Positions 26,861-36,455 of a stretch of 64,000 nt of DNA are shown here, piece by piece (positions within the stretch are counted from its first letter, which is position 1; every line of letters starts with the position of its first letter). The notes below the pieces were generated by a model. It made no database searches. It worked only from the letters and a program-made list of their open reading frames with translations, and was not told the DNA's origin. The position numbers and the translations under genes were made by a program. This DNA is from an uncultured Acidobacteriota bacterium (lineage in GTDB: Bacteria > Acidobacteriota > Thermoanaerobaculia > Gp7-AA8), in assembly GCA_963822445.1 (NCBI GenBank), contig CAWGHO010000003.1, positions 640,001-704,000 of the forward strand, in the 5' to 3' direction.

Positions 26861-29800
26861 CTACTCGACGCGCGTCCGCAGTTCCTGTAGATGCACGGCT
26901 TTGACCGGCACGCCCGTAGGAGCCGCATCGGTGTAGCCGCCCGCCGCGAAGCCGAGTGTCGAGCGCGCCGCATCGAGCGCGCCCCGGAGCTCGGTCAGAT
27001 GCACGGCGTTGATGATCGTTCCCGGCAGGGCCGTGCCGGTGAACACGAACGCGTTTTGTCCTGCGAGCGCGCGAACGGCGTTCACGGCCGTGCGGAGCTG
27101 GGTGACGTGGACAGACTTGATCGCGATTCCGGCGACGAGCGGGCTGTCGGTGAAGATCGTCGTCGTGGCCAGATCGGAGACGCTGTTGCCCGAGGCGATG
27201 GCGAGGTTTGCGGCGCGGACGCGGTAGAGGAATGAGGTGTTCACCGGACGGCTCGTATCGGAGAACGCGGTCGAGGATGGCGTGGCGATGTGCGTGAATC
27301 CGCCATTCGCTTCCATGCGATCGACCTGATACGACGTCGCGCCGCTGACCGCGTTCCAGGTGAGATCGACCTGCGACGGAGTCACGGCGCGGGCGTTCAA
27401 TCCTGCCGGCGCCGCGAGCGCAACAACCGTGTAGGTGTAGCCGCTCGTCGACGTCCCGCTGCCGCCGGCCGTGGTGACGACGACGTCGACCGCTCCCGCC
27501 GCGTGTGCCGGAGTGATGACGACGATGGACGTGGCCGTATTCGCTGTCATCGGTGCGGGCAACCCGCCGAAGGTCACGGAGGTCGCGTTCGACAGATTCG
27601 TGCCGGTGATGGTGACGCTCTGGCCGCCGGCCGTCGTGCCGGACGAAGCGAGGATCGAGGTGATCACCGGCGCGCTGATGTAGCGATACGCGCCGGTGAG
27701 GGTGAGGCTGCCCGCAGAGGTCGTAACCACGACGTTGACCGTTCCCGCGGCCGCCGCGGGCGTCATGACCGTAATCGCCGTCGCGGTGTTCGAGCTAATG
27801 GTTCCCGCCGAACCGCCGAACGTGACCGACGTCGCACCGGCGAGATCGGTTCCGCTGACGATCACGCTCTGCCCGCCGGCCGCCGGTCCCGCGCTCGCGG
27901 AAAGCGAGGAGACGGTCAGCGCATTCTTCGAGGTCAGCTTGAAGCCGGTCAGGCTCGTGTGGTGGCCGCTGAACTGCGCGCCGAACGCGTAGATGCGGAA
28001 GGTGACGGTCGCGTTGATGGAAGCGAAACTCGCCGGCAGGATGACCACGTGCTCGTTCTCGTCGAAGTTGTCCTTCGATACGAGGTCGCTCGTGTAAATC
28101 GCCGAGGCGAACCCGTCGAGGCTCGAAAACAGCGCGTAGCCGCGCGGCGAGTGGTAGTCGATGCGGCGCGTCGAGAAGCGCACTTCACCGCCGTTGAGAT
28201 TGAGCGGCGGCGTCGCGGGCGTGACCGTGGCGGTGAGGAGCTCGTTGTCGGTGATGGCGCCGGCGAGCGTCGAGTCCTGCGCTTCCGACCCATCGCCGGA
28301 GGGGCCCGCGACGCTGAACACGAAGGCGTCGTTCACCGTTTGCGGCGACACGCCCGCGCCGATGTTCCATCCGCCCCAGGTCACCTTCGAGGTGTCGAGG
28401 ACGAAGGTCTGCGTGAACGGCCGGTTCTGCGCGGGCGCGGTGCCGGTGAAGTTGCTCTGAATCAGCGTGCCCGGTCCGCCGAAGGTCTGCAGGGTGAACG
28501 TGCGCCAGGCCGGGTCGCCATCCGCATCCTGCACGCGCGCGAGGATGTAGTTCTTCCGGCTGGTGATCGGCGTACCGCTGATCTCCAGCGTGTCCGCGGA
28601 CGGATTGCTGATCGACAACCCGGCGTCGAGGTGTGAGCCGACGACCACCAGCGAGCGCGATCCCGTTCCGCCGGTCGTGGTGATGGTGGTGGTGTAGCTC
28701 TGCCCGGCGATGCCCGCGGGAAGGGTCGCGCTGGTGGCGAACGAAGGCACGCCGCCGGCGGCCGCATCGATGTGGCGGAGAGTCGAGTAGAGCGTGAAGT
28801 GCTCGAGCATCAGCGCGTACTTCGGCGACTCGGCCGGCTCCTGCTCGAGCAGCTCGAGATGGCCCCACTGCCCGAAGCGGGTCCACTGGCTTGTGTCGGT
28901 GTAGGGGTTGTGCGTCCACAAGCCTTTGCTCTTCGCCAGGTCGAGATGGATGCGGTAGACCTCGGCGATGCGCGGATCGCGATTCATCGCCTCCATGAAG
29001 ATCGTGACGCCGTCATCGGTCGTCGTTCCACCGGAGTCGAGCGAATCGGTGAAGATCGACGGACCGCCCTCGTACGCGATCAGTGGCAGGCAGGGCGGCG
29101 CGTCGGCTGCCTGCGAGCAGTACGTGGTCAGCGTCTCTCTGGCGAGATCGCGAAGGCTGGCGTCGAAGCCGCCGCTGGTTCCCGTCGCATCCGGTCCGCT
29201 GCCCGCCACCGAATCGCCGGCGAGAATCCGCCGCTTCCATTCCTCGAAGGCGAGGTGCATGTGCGTGTCGAAGAGATCGCTCTGCCAGTAGGGATCGTTG
29301 AACGGCTTCCCGGTGGTGAAGTCCTGGTCGTCGACGAAGCCCTGAATGTCGTTGCCGAAGTACGTCGTCAGCGCGAGCACGTCAGGGCGAACCTGCGGAC
29401 TGAGCGACTGTCCGTACGTGCCGATCTCGGTCAGGAAGGGACGCGAGTACGCATCGAGCGCGGTGAAGATTGCCGCCACCCGCACCAGCCGTGAGGTGTC
29501 GCCGCTGAAGATAGTCTGGAAGATCTTCCAGCTGTCGCAGAACTTCCGCGCCGTGAATTTCGCCTTCGCCGCGGTGTCCGACCCCAGCCCGGCGATCGCG
29601 GCCTGTTCCTGCGCCCAGTTGCCCTGAGGAAAAGCGAAGCCGCTGGACCAGATCTCGTTCGAGAACTCGACGTACACCTTGAGATGGGAGTTGAGCGGAG
29701 CGAAGACCGGACTGGGATTCGTGCTCGTGTACGGATTCACCCCATCGCTGCCGAAGCGGATCAGTTGCGCGAGCCTGGTGATGTAGTCGGCCGTGGCCAG

Positions 29801-30700
29801 GTGGGGGATGTTGATCCAGAGGTCTTTGCTGGTCTGGTTGCTCAGCGCCACCATGTGCTCCCAGGCCACGCCGGTCTCGCGATTGCCGTCCGACGTCGCC
29901 GACGGCGCGCGCGCGTTGAGGATGCCCGCCTGAAACACGTGATTGGGGACGCGCCGGTCCACCCAGTCCTGCTGCGGGCTGGCGTTGGTCTTTCCCCAGT
30001 CCATGAAACGGATGAAGCTCCAGTTCGCATCGGCGATCCGCTCGAGAAACAGCGGATGGAAGAGCTCGCCCTCCAGCGAATCGGTGAAGGCCTCGTTCAC
30101 CGCGGGCGTGGCCGGATCGTCGACCGCCGGCAGCCACACCTTGATGTCGGTGATGGGCGTGGCCATCCCGCGGATCTCGAGCGATTCGGGGATGGTGTTG
30201 CCGATGTACACGCGCCGGCCGTTGAGCAGATTGCCGGTCGCGGCGCCGGACGACTCGCCCGCCTGGAACGTGCCGGTCTTGAGGCGGATGTCGGCATTGC
30301 CCTGCCAGGTGAGGACGTACTTCCCTTTGGCCAGAGTGTCGCGCGCCGGCCAGCCGGCAGGCCGGACATGGGTGTTGTTGATATTCAACCCGAAGAGCAG
30401 CGCGCGAAGATTCGGGCCACGCGGCGACAGCGACTGCGGATACCCGTTCACGAACTGCGCGGCGTTCGCAGGGGCGCTGAAATCGACCCTCGTTCCGAAC
30501 TGGAAATCGCTGAACTCGTACCACTCGCCGCCCAGAGCCATGGAGTTGGCGAGGTAGGGAGTGTTGAAGTAGGCGACGTCGCTGGGGTGATATCCGACCG
30601 GGCGGAGGATCGACGGGTCGATCTGCGCCGCGAGAGGCAAAGCGAGGCAAACCAGGCTCGCGGCGATCCAGATGCGTGAGTTGTGAGCGTTGTCCGACAT
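26861..30700 (-). CDS. Large secreted protein: putative glycan-active core, two IPT/TIG domains, FN3, C-terminal tri-repeat domain
   Basis: 1279 aa; IRFMDW, WINIPH, VEFSNEIW and AYEGG motifs; two GGQSV..GTxL..ATSVTFGG TIG repeats. Confidence 0.78.
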   Translation of the reverse strand: MSDNAHNSRIWIAASLVCLALPLAAQIDPSILRPVGYHPSDVAYFNTPYLANSMALGGEWYEFSDFQFGTRVDFSAPANAAQFVNGYPQSLSPRGPNLRALLFGLNINNTHVRPAGWPARDTLAKGKYVLTWQGNADIRLKTGTFQAGESSGAATGNLLNGRRVYIGNTIPESLEIRGMATPITDIKVWLPAVDDPATPAVNEAFTDSLEGELFHPLFLERIADANWSFIRFMDWGKTNASPQQDWVDRRVPNHVFQAGILNARAPSATSDGNRETGVAWEHMVALSNQTSKDLWINIPHLATADYITRLAQLIRFGSDGVNPYTSTNPSPVFAPLNSHLKVYVEFSNEIWSSGFAFPQGNWAQEQAAIAGLGSDTAAKAKFTARKFCDSWKIFQTIFSGDTSRLVRVAAIFTALDAYSRPFLTEIGTYGQSLSPQVRPDVLALTTYFGNDIQGFVDDQDFTTGKPFNDPYWQSDLFDTHMHLAFEEWKRRILAGDSVAGSGPDATGTSGGFDASLRDLARETLTTYCSQAADAPPCLPLIAYEGGPSIFTDSLDSGGTTTDDGVTIFMEAMNRDPRIAEVYRIHLDLAKSKGLWTHNPYTDTSQWTRFGQWGHLELLEQEPAESPKYALMLEHFTLYSTLRHIDAAAGGVPSFATSATLPAGIAGQSYTTTITTTGGTGSRSLVVVGSHLDAGLSISNPSADTLEISGTPITSRKNYILARVQDADGDPAWRTFTLQTFGGPGTLIQSNFTGTAPAQNRPFTQTFVLDTSKVTWGGWNIGAGVSPQTVNDAFVFSVAGPSGDGSEAQDSTLAGAITDNELLTATVTPATPPLNLNGGEVRFSTRRIDYHSPRGYALFSSLDGFASAIYTSDLVSKDNFDENEHVVILPASFASINATVTFRIYAFGAQFSGHHTSLTGFKLTSKNALTVSSLSASAGPAAGGQSVIVSGTDLAGATSVTFGGSAGTISSNTATAITVMTPAAAAGTVNVVVTTSAGSLTLTGAYRYISAPVITSILASSGTTAGGQSVTITGTNLSNATSVTFGGLPAPMTANTATSIVVITPAHAAGAVDVVVTTAGGSGTSTSGYTYTVVALAAPAGLNARAVTPSQVDLTWNAVSGATSYQVDRMEANGGFTHIATPSSTAFSDTSRPVNTSFLYRVRAANLAIASGNSVSDLATTTIFTDSPLVAGIAIKSVHVTQLRTAVNAVRALAGQNAFVFTGTALPGTIINAVHLTELRGALDAARSTLGFAAGGYTDAAPTGVPVKAVHLQELRTRVE

Positions 30701-31775
30701 CGATCGCGTTATTCTGCTCGCAGTGTTTCGTGCGATTTCACTGGTTCCGGCGTGCCTTTTTTTCGCCTTCGCAATCCATGCGCAAACAATTCAGTGGAGC
30801 GGGTTTGCGCTGCTGCGGGGCGACGTGGCCAGTGAATCGAATGCGCACGATGAATTGTCCTCGCAAGTGCAGGTCGGAGTCGACTTCCAGGCCTCGCCGA
30901 TGCTCGGCGCGCACGTGCACCTGCTCGCCCGCACCGGCAACGAAGGCAGGCGCGACGCGTTCGGAATCCCCGAGGCTTACCTCGAGCTGAATCTGCATCC
31001 GGGCAATGACCGCCTGCGCATCCGCGGCGGCGCGTTTTTTCTGCCGACGTCGCGCGAGAACGTCGACGCCCTCTGGGAGAACCCATACGCGATCACCTCC
31101 TCCGCGCTGAACAGCTGGCTCGGCGAGGAGCTCCGCCCGATCGGAATCGACGCGTCGTACTTTCGCCCGCGATTCTTTGCCGGCGCGACGATCTTCCGCG
31201 GAAACGACACGCTCGGCTCGCTCCCCGTCGCCCGCGGCTGGACGCTCGACGATCACTGGACGCTCCTCGGCGAATGGGTTCCCGTCGACGACGAATACTT
31301 CACCTCCGTTTCCGCCGAGAACGACGGCCGCTTGGGATGGTCGGGCAGGGGAGGGTGGCGCGGCGATCATCTCTTCGTGCAGCTCACCCACCTCGACAAC
31401 CGCGCCGACGGCCTTGAGTACGGGCGGCTCTTCAACTGGGGAACGCGCTTCGACATCGCCAGCGCCGAGTACACCGTGAATGACTGGACGTTTGCGGCCG
31501 AGGCGGGGTGGGGGCCGACGTTTCTGGTGGTGGAGGGGATGACGTTCACCAACAAGCTCGATGCCGGCTACATCATGGCATCGCGGCGGTGGGGACGCTC
31601 GCGCGGGACGATTCGCGTCGATGCCTTCCGCGTCGACGATGAGCGCGACCGCGCCGTCACGCTGGCCTGGTTCTGGACGGGCATCCCCCGATTGCGCCTC
31701 GGCGCCGAGGTCTCGACATCCGCCGGTAACGAGCGCGTCCTCGTCGACGTCCGGTATCACTTCTCCGGAAGGTAA
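30690..31775 (+). CDS. Putative outer-membrane beta-barrel protein (start uncertain)
   Basis: Signal-like N-terminus, alternating beta-strand pattern, C-terminal VRYHF. Confidence 0.65.
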   Translation: MSDIDRVILLAVFRAISLVPACLFFAFAIHAQTIQWSGFALLRGDVASESNAHDELSSQVQVGVDFQASPMLGAHVHLLARTGNEGRRDAFGIPEAYLELNLHPGNDRLRIRGGAFFLPTSRENVDALWENPYAITSSALNSWLGEELRPIGIDASYFRPRFFAGATIFRGNDTLGSLPVARGWTLDDHWTLLGEWVPVDDEYFTSVSAENDGRLGWSGRGGWRGDHLFVQLTHLDNRADGLEYGRLFNWGTRFDIASAEYTVNDWTFAAEAGWGPTFLVVEGMTFTNKLDAGYIMASRRWGRSRGTIRVDAFRVDDERDRAVTLAWFWTGIPRLRLGAEVSTSAGNERVLVDVRYHFSGR

Positions 31776-31820
31776 CAACCCCGCGACGTTCCGCGCGTAT
31801 TATTTGCTGCGGGTTACGCG

Positions 31821-32399
31821 GTGCTTCGAACCTTTCTCCTGATCCTGATTGTCTGTGCTTCGTCTCTCGTGGCGAGCGCGGCCACGCTCACCGTCGACGT
31901 GCGCAATGCGCGCGGCGCCACGCTCGAGCACGCCGTGGTGTACGCGACGCGCGAAGGCACGAACTACCCGCCGGCGAGGCGGACCGCGGTCATGGACCAG
32001 AAGAACCGCACCTTCCTCCCGCACGTCCTGCCCATCCAGACCGGAACGGCGGTGCAGTTTCCGAACAGCGACGACATCCGCCATCAGGTCTATTCGTTCT
32101 CGACCGCGAAGACCTTCCAGCTGCCGCTCTACAGCGGCACGCCGTCGAAGCCGATCGTGTTCGACAAGGCCGGCGTGGCCTCGCTGGGCTGCAACATCCA
32201 CGACCGGATGAGCGCGTACATCGTCGTGGTCGACACGCCGCATTTCGCCGCGACCGGCAAGAGCGGCCGCGTCACGCTGTCCGATCTGCCGGCCGGCAAG
32301 TACGTCGTGCAGATCTGGCATCCGCAGCTGCGCGCGGACGCCGCGCCGATCACGCTCACGGCCAGCCAACAGGCACAACTCGTGTTCGCCTTGCGTTAG
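31821..32399 (+). CDS. Secreted cupredoxin-like ('methylamine utilization'-annotated) protein
   Basis: FPNSDDIRHQVYSFS and CNIHDRMSAYI motifs. Confidence 0.8.
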   Translation: MLRTFLLILIVCASSLVASAATLTVDVRNARGATLEHAVVYATREGTNYPPARRTAVMDQKNRTFLPHVLPIQTGTAVQFPNSDDIRHQVYSFSTAKTFQLPLYSGTPSKPIVFDKAGVASLGCNIHDRMSAYIVVVDTPHFAATGKSGRVTLSDLPAGKYVVQIWHPQLRADAAPITLTASQQAQLVFALR

Positions 32400-32406
32400 G
32401 GGCCTC

Positions 32407-34689
32407 ATGCCCATCCGCAGCTTTCAGGCAAAGCTCCTCTACCTGATGGTCGCCGTCCTGATCCTGCTTCAGGCTGCGACGCTGATCGCCGTGCATGTGG
32501 CCGGGCAGAAGACGATGTTCGCGAGCATCGACGACGAGCTCCGCGTCGGCACGCGCATCGTCGACCAGATTCTGGCGAAGCAGGGCGAGCAGCTCTCCCA
32601 GACCGTTCGCGTGCTCGCCTCCGATTTCGCGTTCCGCGAAGCCATTGCGCTCGGTGAAAGACCGACGATCACCTCCGCGCTCGCGAACCATGGCTCGCGC
32701 ATCTCGGCCGACGTCGGATTTCTGATCTCGCTCGAGGGCGTGGTCATCGCCGATACCGTCGGCGGCCGCGTGGTCGGTCATGGCTTTCCCCGTTCCGCGC
32801 TCGTTCAGGAAGCGCAGACACGTGGTGAGTCGTCGGGGATCGTCTCGCTCGATGGTCATCCGTACCAGCTGGTCGTAGTTCCGGTCCTCGGCCCGCAGCC
32901 GATTGCCTGGGTCTGCATGGGATTCGAGATCGATTCGGCGATGCTGAACGAAGTCCGGCGTCTGACCGGTCTCGACGTGTCCCTTTTGAACGCCGCGGCC
33001 GGCGCCAAGCCGCTGTCGATCTCCACGCTCCCGCCGGACCAGATCGGCGCCGACGGCTATCGCTCGCGTTCCCATCCGCTGACCACCGCGGACAACTCGC
33101 GGATCAACACGCTGCTGCAGCGCTCGATCGAAGAAGCGTCCCATCCGTATCGCCAACTCGAACTGCGGATCGCCGGGCTGTCGACGATGGCCCTGATCGT
33201 CGCGCTGATCGCGGCGAGTCTCTTCGCGCGCGGCGTCAGCCGTCCGCTGGAACAGCTCGCGGAAGGGGCGGCGCGCATCGAGCGAGGCGACTACGCGGAG
33301 CCGGTGGACATCCGCCAGCGCGACGAGATCGGACGGCTGGCCACTGCCTTCGACAAGATGCGCACTGGTATCGCGGAGCGCGAGGAGCAGATCCGTTATC
33401 AGGCCCTGCACGACGCGCTGACCGGCCTTCCCAATCGCGTGCTGTTCATGGAGCGATTGCACGAGGCGGTGATCCGCGCGAAGCGCTCGCAGCAGATGGT
33501 GGCGATCATCATCATGGATCTCGATCGCTTCAAGGAGATCAACGACACGCTCGGCCATCACTTCGGCGACGAGTTGCTGAAGGAGATCGGCCAGCGGCTG
33601 CTCGACCTGCTGCGCGATACCGAAACGGTGGCGCGTCTCGGCGGCGACGAGTTCGCGGTGACGTTCTACGTGAGCGAGGCCGCCCGTGCCGCGGACATGG
33701 CCCGCCGGGTGTGCGACGCGCTCGAAGCGCCGTTCGTGCTCGCCGGCGTGTCCATCGAAGTTGCGGCGAGCATGGGCATTGCCGTCTGTCCGCTGCACGC
33801 CGACGATGCGGAGACGCTGATGAAGCGCGCCGACGTGGCGATGTACGACGCGAAGGAGACCCACAGTGCATACGCCATGTACGCGCCGGGTCGCGACGAG
33901 CATTCACTGCGCAGGCTGGCGATGCTGTCCGAGTTGCGTAACGCCATCGCCCGCGATGAATTGACGCTTCACTATCAGCCCAAGGTTGGCGTGAGTGACG
34001 AGAGCGTGCATGCCGAGGCGCTGGTGCGGTGGCGGCATCCGGTGCATGGGATCATGCGGCCGGATGAATTCATCCCGTTGGCCGAGCAATCGGGCAACAT
34101 CGGGATGATCACGAAATGGGTGCTGCGCAAGGCCATCACGGATTGCGGAGCGTGGAACGCGGCCGGACTGGATATCAGCGTCGCCGTGAATCTCTCGGCG
34201 CTCGATCTGTTCGACACGAAACTGCCGACCTACATCGATGGCCTGCTGACCGAGGCCGCGCTTCCGCCGTCGAAGGTGGTGCTGGAGATCACCGAGAGCG
34301 CGGTCATGAAGGATCCCGTGCACGCGGCGAAGATCCTCCGCGATCTGAAACGCCGCGGGGTGAAGCTGGCCATCGATGATTACGGCACGGGCTACTCGTC
34401 GCTCGCGCACCTGAAGCGGCTGCCGGTCGACGAGCTGAAGATCGACAAGTCGTTCGTAATGCATCTGCGGAATGCCTCGACGCAGGACCTCCTCATCATC
34501 CGCTCGACGATCGACCTCGGCCACAACATGGGCCTGAAGGTGATCGCGGAAGGGGTGGAGGATGCCGAGGCGTTGCAGATCCTGCGGGAGCTCGGGTGCG
34601 ACATGGCCCAGGGTTACTACATCAGCCCGCCGCTGCCGATTGCGGAGCTGCAGGAGTGGTTCAAGACGTTCGCGCTGGCGCGGGTGTGA
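32407..34689 (+). CDS. Membrane-bound diguanylate cyclase/phosphodiesterase (periplasmic sensor-HAMP-GGDEF-EAL)
   Basis: Two TM helices; HAMP (DEIGRLA); intact GGDEF; EALVRW, DDYGTGYSSL and KIDKSFV. Confidence 0.93.
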   Translation: MPIRSFQAKLLYLMVAVLILLQAATLIAVHVAGQKTMFASIDDELRVGTRIVDQILAKQGEQLSQTVRVLASDFAFREAIALGERPTITSALANHGSRISADVGFLISLEGVVIADTVGGRVVGHGFPRSALVQEAQTRGESSGIVSLDGHPYQLVVVPVLGPQPIAWVCMGFEIDSAMLNEVRRLTGLDVSLLNAAAGAKPLSISTLPPDQIGADGYRSRSHPLTTADNSRINTLLQRSIEEASHPYRQLELRIAGLSTMALIVALIAASLFARGVSRPLEQLAEGAARIERGDYAEPVDIRQRDEIGRLATAFDKMRTGIAEREEQIRYQALHDALTGLPNRVLFMERLHEAVIRAKRSQQMVAIIIMDLDRFKEINDTLGHHFGDELLKEIGQRLLDLLRDTETVARLGGDEFAVTFYVSEAARAADMARRVCDALEAPFVLAGVSIEVAASMGIAVCPLHADDAETLMKRADVAMYDAKETHSAYAMYAPGRDEHSLRRLAMLSELRNAIARDELTLHYQPKVGVSDESVHAEALVRWRHPVHGIMRPDEFIPLAEQSGNIGMITKWVLRKAITDCGAWNAAGLDISVAVNLSALDLFDTKLPTYIDGLLTEAALPPSKVVLEITESAVMKDPVHAAKILRDLKRRGVKLAIDDYGTGYSSLAHLKRLPVDELKIDKSFVMHLRNASTQDLLIIRSTIDLGHNMGLKVIAEGVEDAEALQILRELGCDMAQGYYISPPLPIAELQEWFKTFALARV

Positions 34690-34691
34690 GA

Positions 34692-34738
34692 GCCGGCGGG
34701 ACGCCGGCGGACCAGCCGGCGAGGACGCCAGCGCTCCA
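34692..34738. repeat. REP-like palindromic unit
   Basis: GCCGGCGGGACGCCGGC..CCAGCCGGCG..CGCTCCA closely matches the reverse complement of 26815-26860; lies between convergent genes. Confidence 0.75.
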
Positions 34739-34749
34739 AAACGCCGGCT

Positions 34750-35760
34750 CTACCGCAGCCTTCCGCCCACACTCACGATCACCGTCGGCCCCTGCGTGAA
34801 CGCATCGCCTTCGGTCAGCGTGCGCTGCGAAATCGGATGACGAACATCCGCGCTAAGTGAGAACGCCTCGAGGTTGAGCGTCACACCCGCGGCAACACTC
34901 GTCGCAACGAGCCCCGTATTCTCATCGCGCAGGTCATCCCAGTACCCATACCCCTGGGCAAAGGCCGTCCCCTCCGCGCGGATCCGCACGCGATCGGACA
35001 CGCGCTGCGACACGTGCACGCTCAGCGCGCCGTCGGGTGGCGCACGAAAGCCGCGGCGATTTTCGTAAATCGGCAGGCGCGCGTTCATCGATGCACCGGC
35101 GGTGAGGCGATCGGTGATCGGCGTCGAGTAGCTTGCCTCGAAGAGCGGATCAATGGTGCCGGTGCCGAACTGGATGTGCAGATGCTCGCGGCCTTGTTCG
35201 CCGAGGAGGTAGGGGTTTTCGACGGTGGCGCCGGTGGGGAGCGTGGCGCCGAGCGAGACATTCAGCCTCGTCCAGCGCCGGCGGGCGAGGAACATCAGAT
35301 CGCTGATGCCGCGCAGCGTCGCCGTGCGGTGATGCAGATCGATGTTCCGTTGCATCGCGGCCTGGTCTTCGGCAGATGCCGCATCGACGACGCCCAGTCC
35401 GGAGCGTTGTTCCTTCTGCTCCCACGGAACGCGCGCGATCAGGTCCCACTCCGGCGTCAGCGTGTATTGCAGGCCGAGCTCGACGCGCAGGTAATCCAGC
35501 GAGGTCTCGTGGCGATACAGCGGCACCGGTACCGGCGCGCCGGAAGACGTGTTCCCGGTTCGCGAGAAATGCCCTCCCTTGAAATCACTTCCGTAAAGCG
35601 TGGTCAGGGAGAACCGGATTGCGCCTGGAGCCAACCCGGGCTCCAACCCGCGATCGCCGCCGCGCGGGATCGCAGGATTGCTTCAGGCCGGTCACGTCTG
35701 GCCGGTCGCGGCGGGCGTGATGACGAAGATCGCCAGCGCCGCCAGCAACACCCGGATCAC
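34750..35760 (-). CDS. Secreted barrel-like protein with two in-frame TGA codons (candidate UxxU selenoprotein, 336 aa)
   Basis: GTG 35760 overlaps the upstream stop (GTGA). A 20-aa signal peptide is followed by Q-T-TGA-P-A-TGA-S-N-P, in frame with ORF 34750..35646. Confidence 0.75.
35647..35676 (-). promoter_or_regulatory. Candidate bacterial SECIS stem-loop
   Basis: mRNA CCUGCGAUC-CCGC-GCG-GCGG-C-GAUCGCGGG begins 6 nt after the second UGA. Confidence 0.55.
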
Positions 35761-36410
35761 CGAGTGCGCCTCGCGATGAGCGCTTTGATCTTGTCGATGT
35801 CGTTGCCGACGACCTCGCCGATGAACTTTCCATCCGGGCCGTACACGCGAACGTAGGGAAGGGCGGCGAGCTTGAATTCCTTCGTGGCCTGTTTCGCCGC
35901 CGCCGATTCCCAGTTCTGCAGATCGATCGTCCGCAAGGCGACGTTGGCGTTGTCCTTTACCAGATGCTCGATCTTCGGCGTGAGCACGTGGCAGGGACCG
36001 CACCATTCCGCCCAGAAATCGACGATCGTGAACTTGCCGCGGACGAGATGGTCGCGCAGGACGAAGGCCTCGCCATTCGAGGCGACCTTGATGTCCAGCG
36101 CGGCGCGCTCCTGCGGCGTGAGGCGGGCGCGGACGACGTCACCCGCGAAGGTAGCTTCGAATCCGAATTTGCCGAGCGCGGCGCGGATCTCCGCGGGAGC
36201 GACGAGTCGCGTCGATTCGACGCGGCCGCGTTTCATCGCGTAGGTCACGTCGACGTTCGTCACGCCGGGAAGCTTCTTGAGTGCGTCGGATGCCGTAGCC
36301 GAGCATCCATCGCAGGAGAGTCCGGCCACGTCGAACTCCGAGACGAACGTCTGCGCGCCGGCGGTCAGAGCCGTCAGCGTGAGAAAGGCGATCGTTGCCA
36401 GGGTTCGCAT
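35757..36410 (-). CDS. Secreted heavy-metal-associated (HMA) domain-thioredoxin fusion
   Basis: Signal peptide; GLSCDGC HMA motif; VDFWAEWCGPC thioredoxin motif; ATG 36410. Confidence 0.85.
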   Translation of the reverse strand: MRTLATIAFLTLTALTAGAQTFVSEFDVAGLSCDGCSATASDALKKLPGVTNVDVTYAMKRGRVESTRLVAPAEIRAALGKFGFEATFAGDVVRARLTPQERAALDIKVASNGEAFVLRDHLVRGKFTIVDFWAEWCGPCHVLTPKIEHLVKDNANVALRTIDLQNWESAAAKQATKEFKLAALPYVRVYGPDGKFIGEVVGNDIDKIKALIARRTR

Positions 36411-36455
36411 GCTCCCGGCGTAACCGGTGCGGATGCCACTTAGTATTCCCGGCGC

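Noticed and set aside
35683-35694. Genome-wide TGA reassignment or random pseudogenisation as the explanation for the two TGAs
   Set aside because: TGA is a normal stop for many genes here. Two independent nonsense changes landing at CxxC spacing, with the rest of the gene intact, is less parsimonious than Sec recoding, though not excluded.
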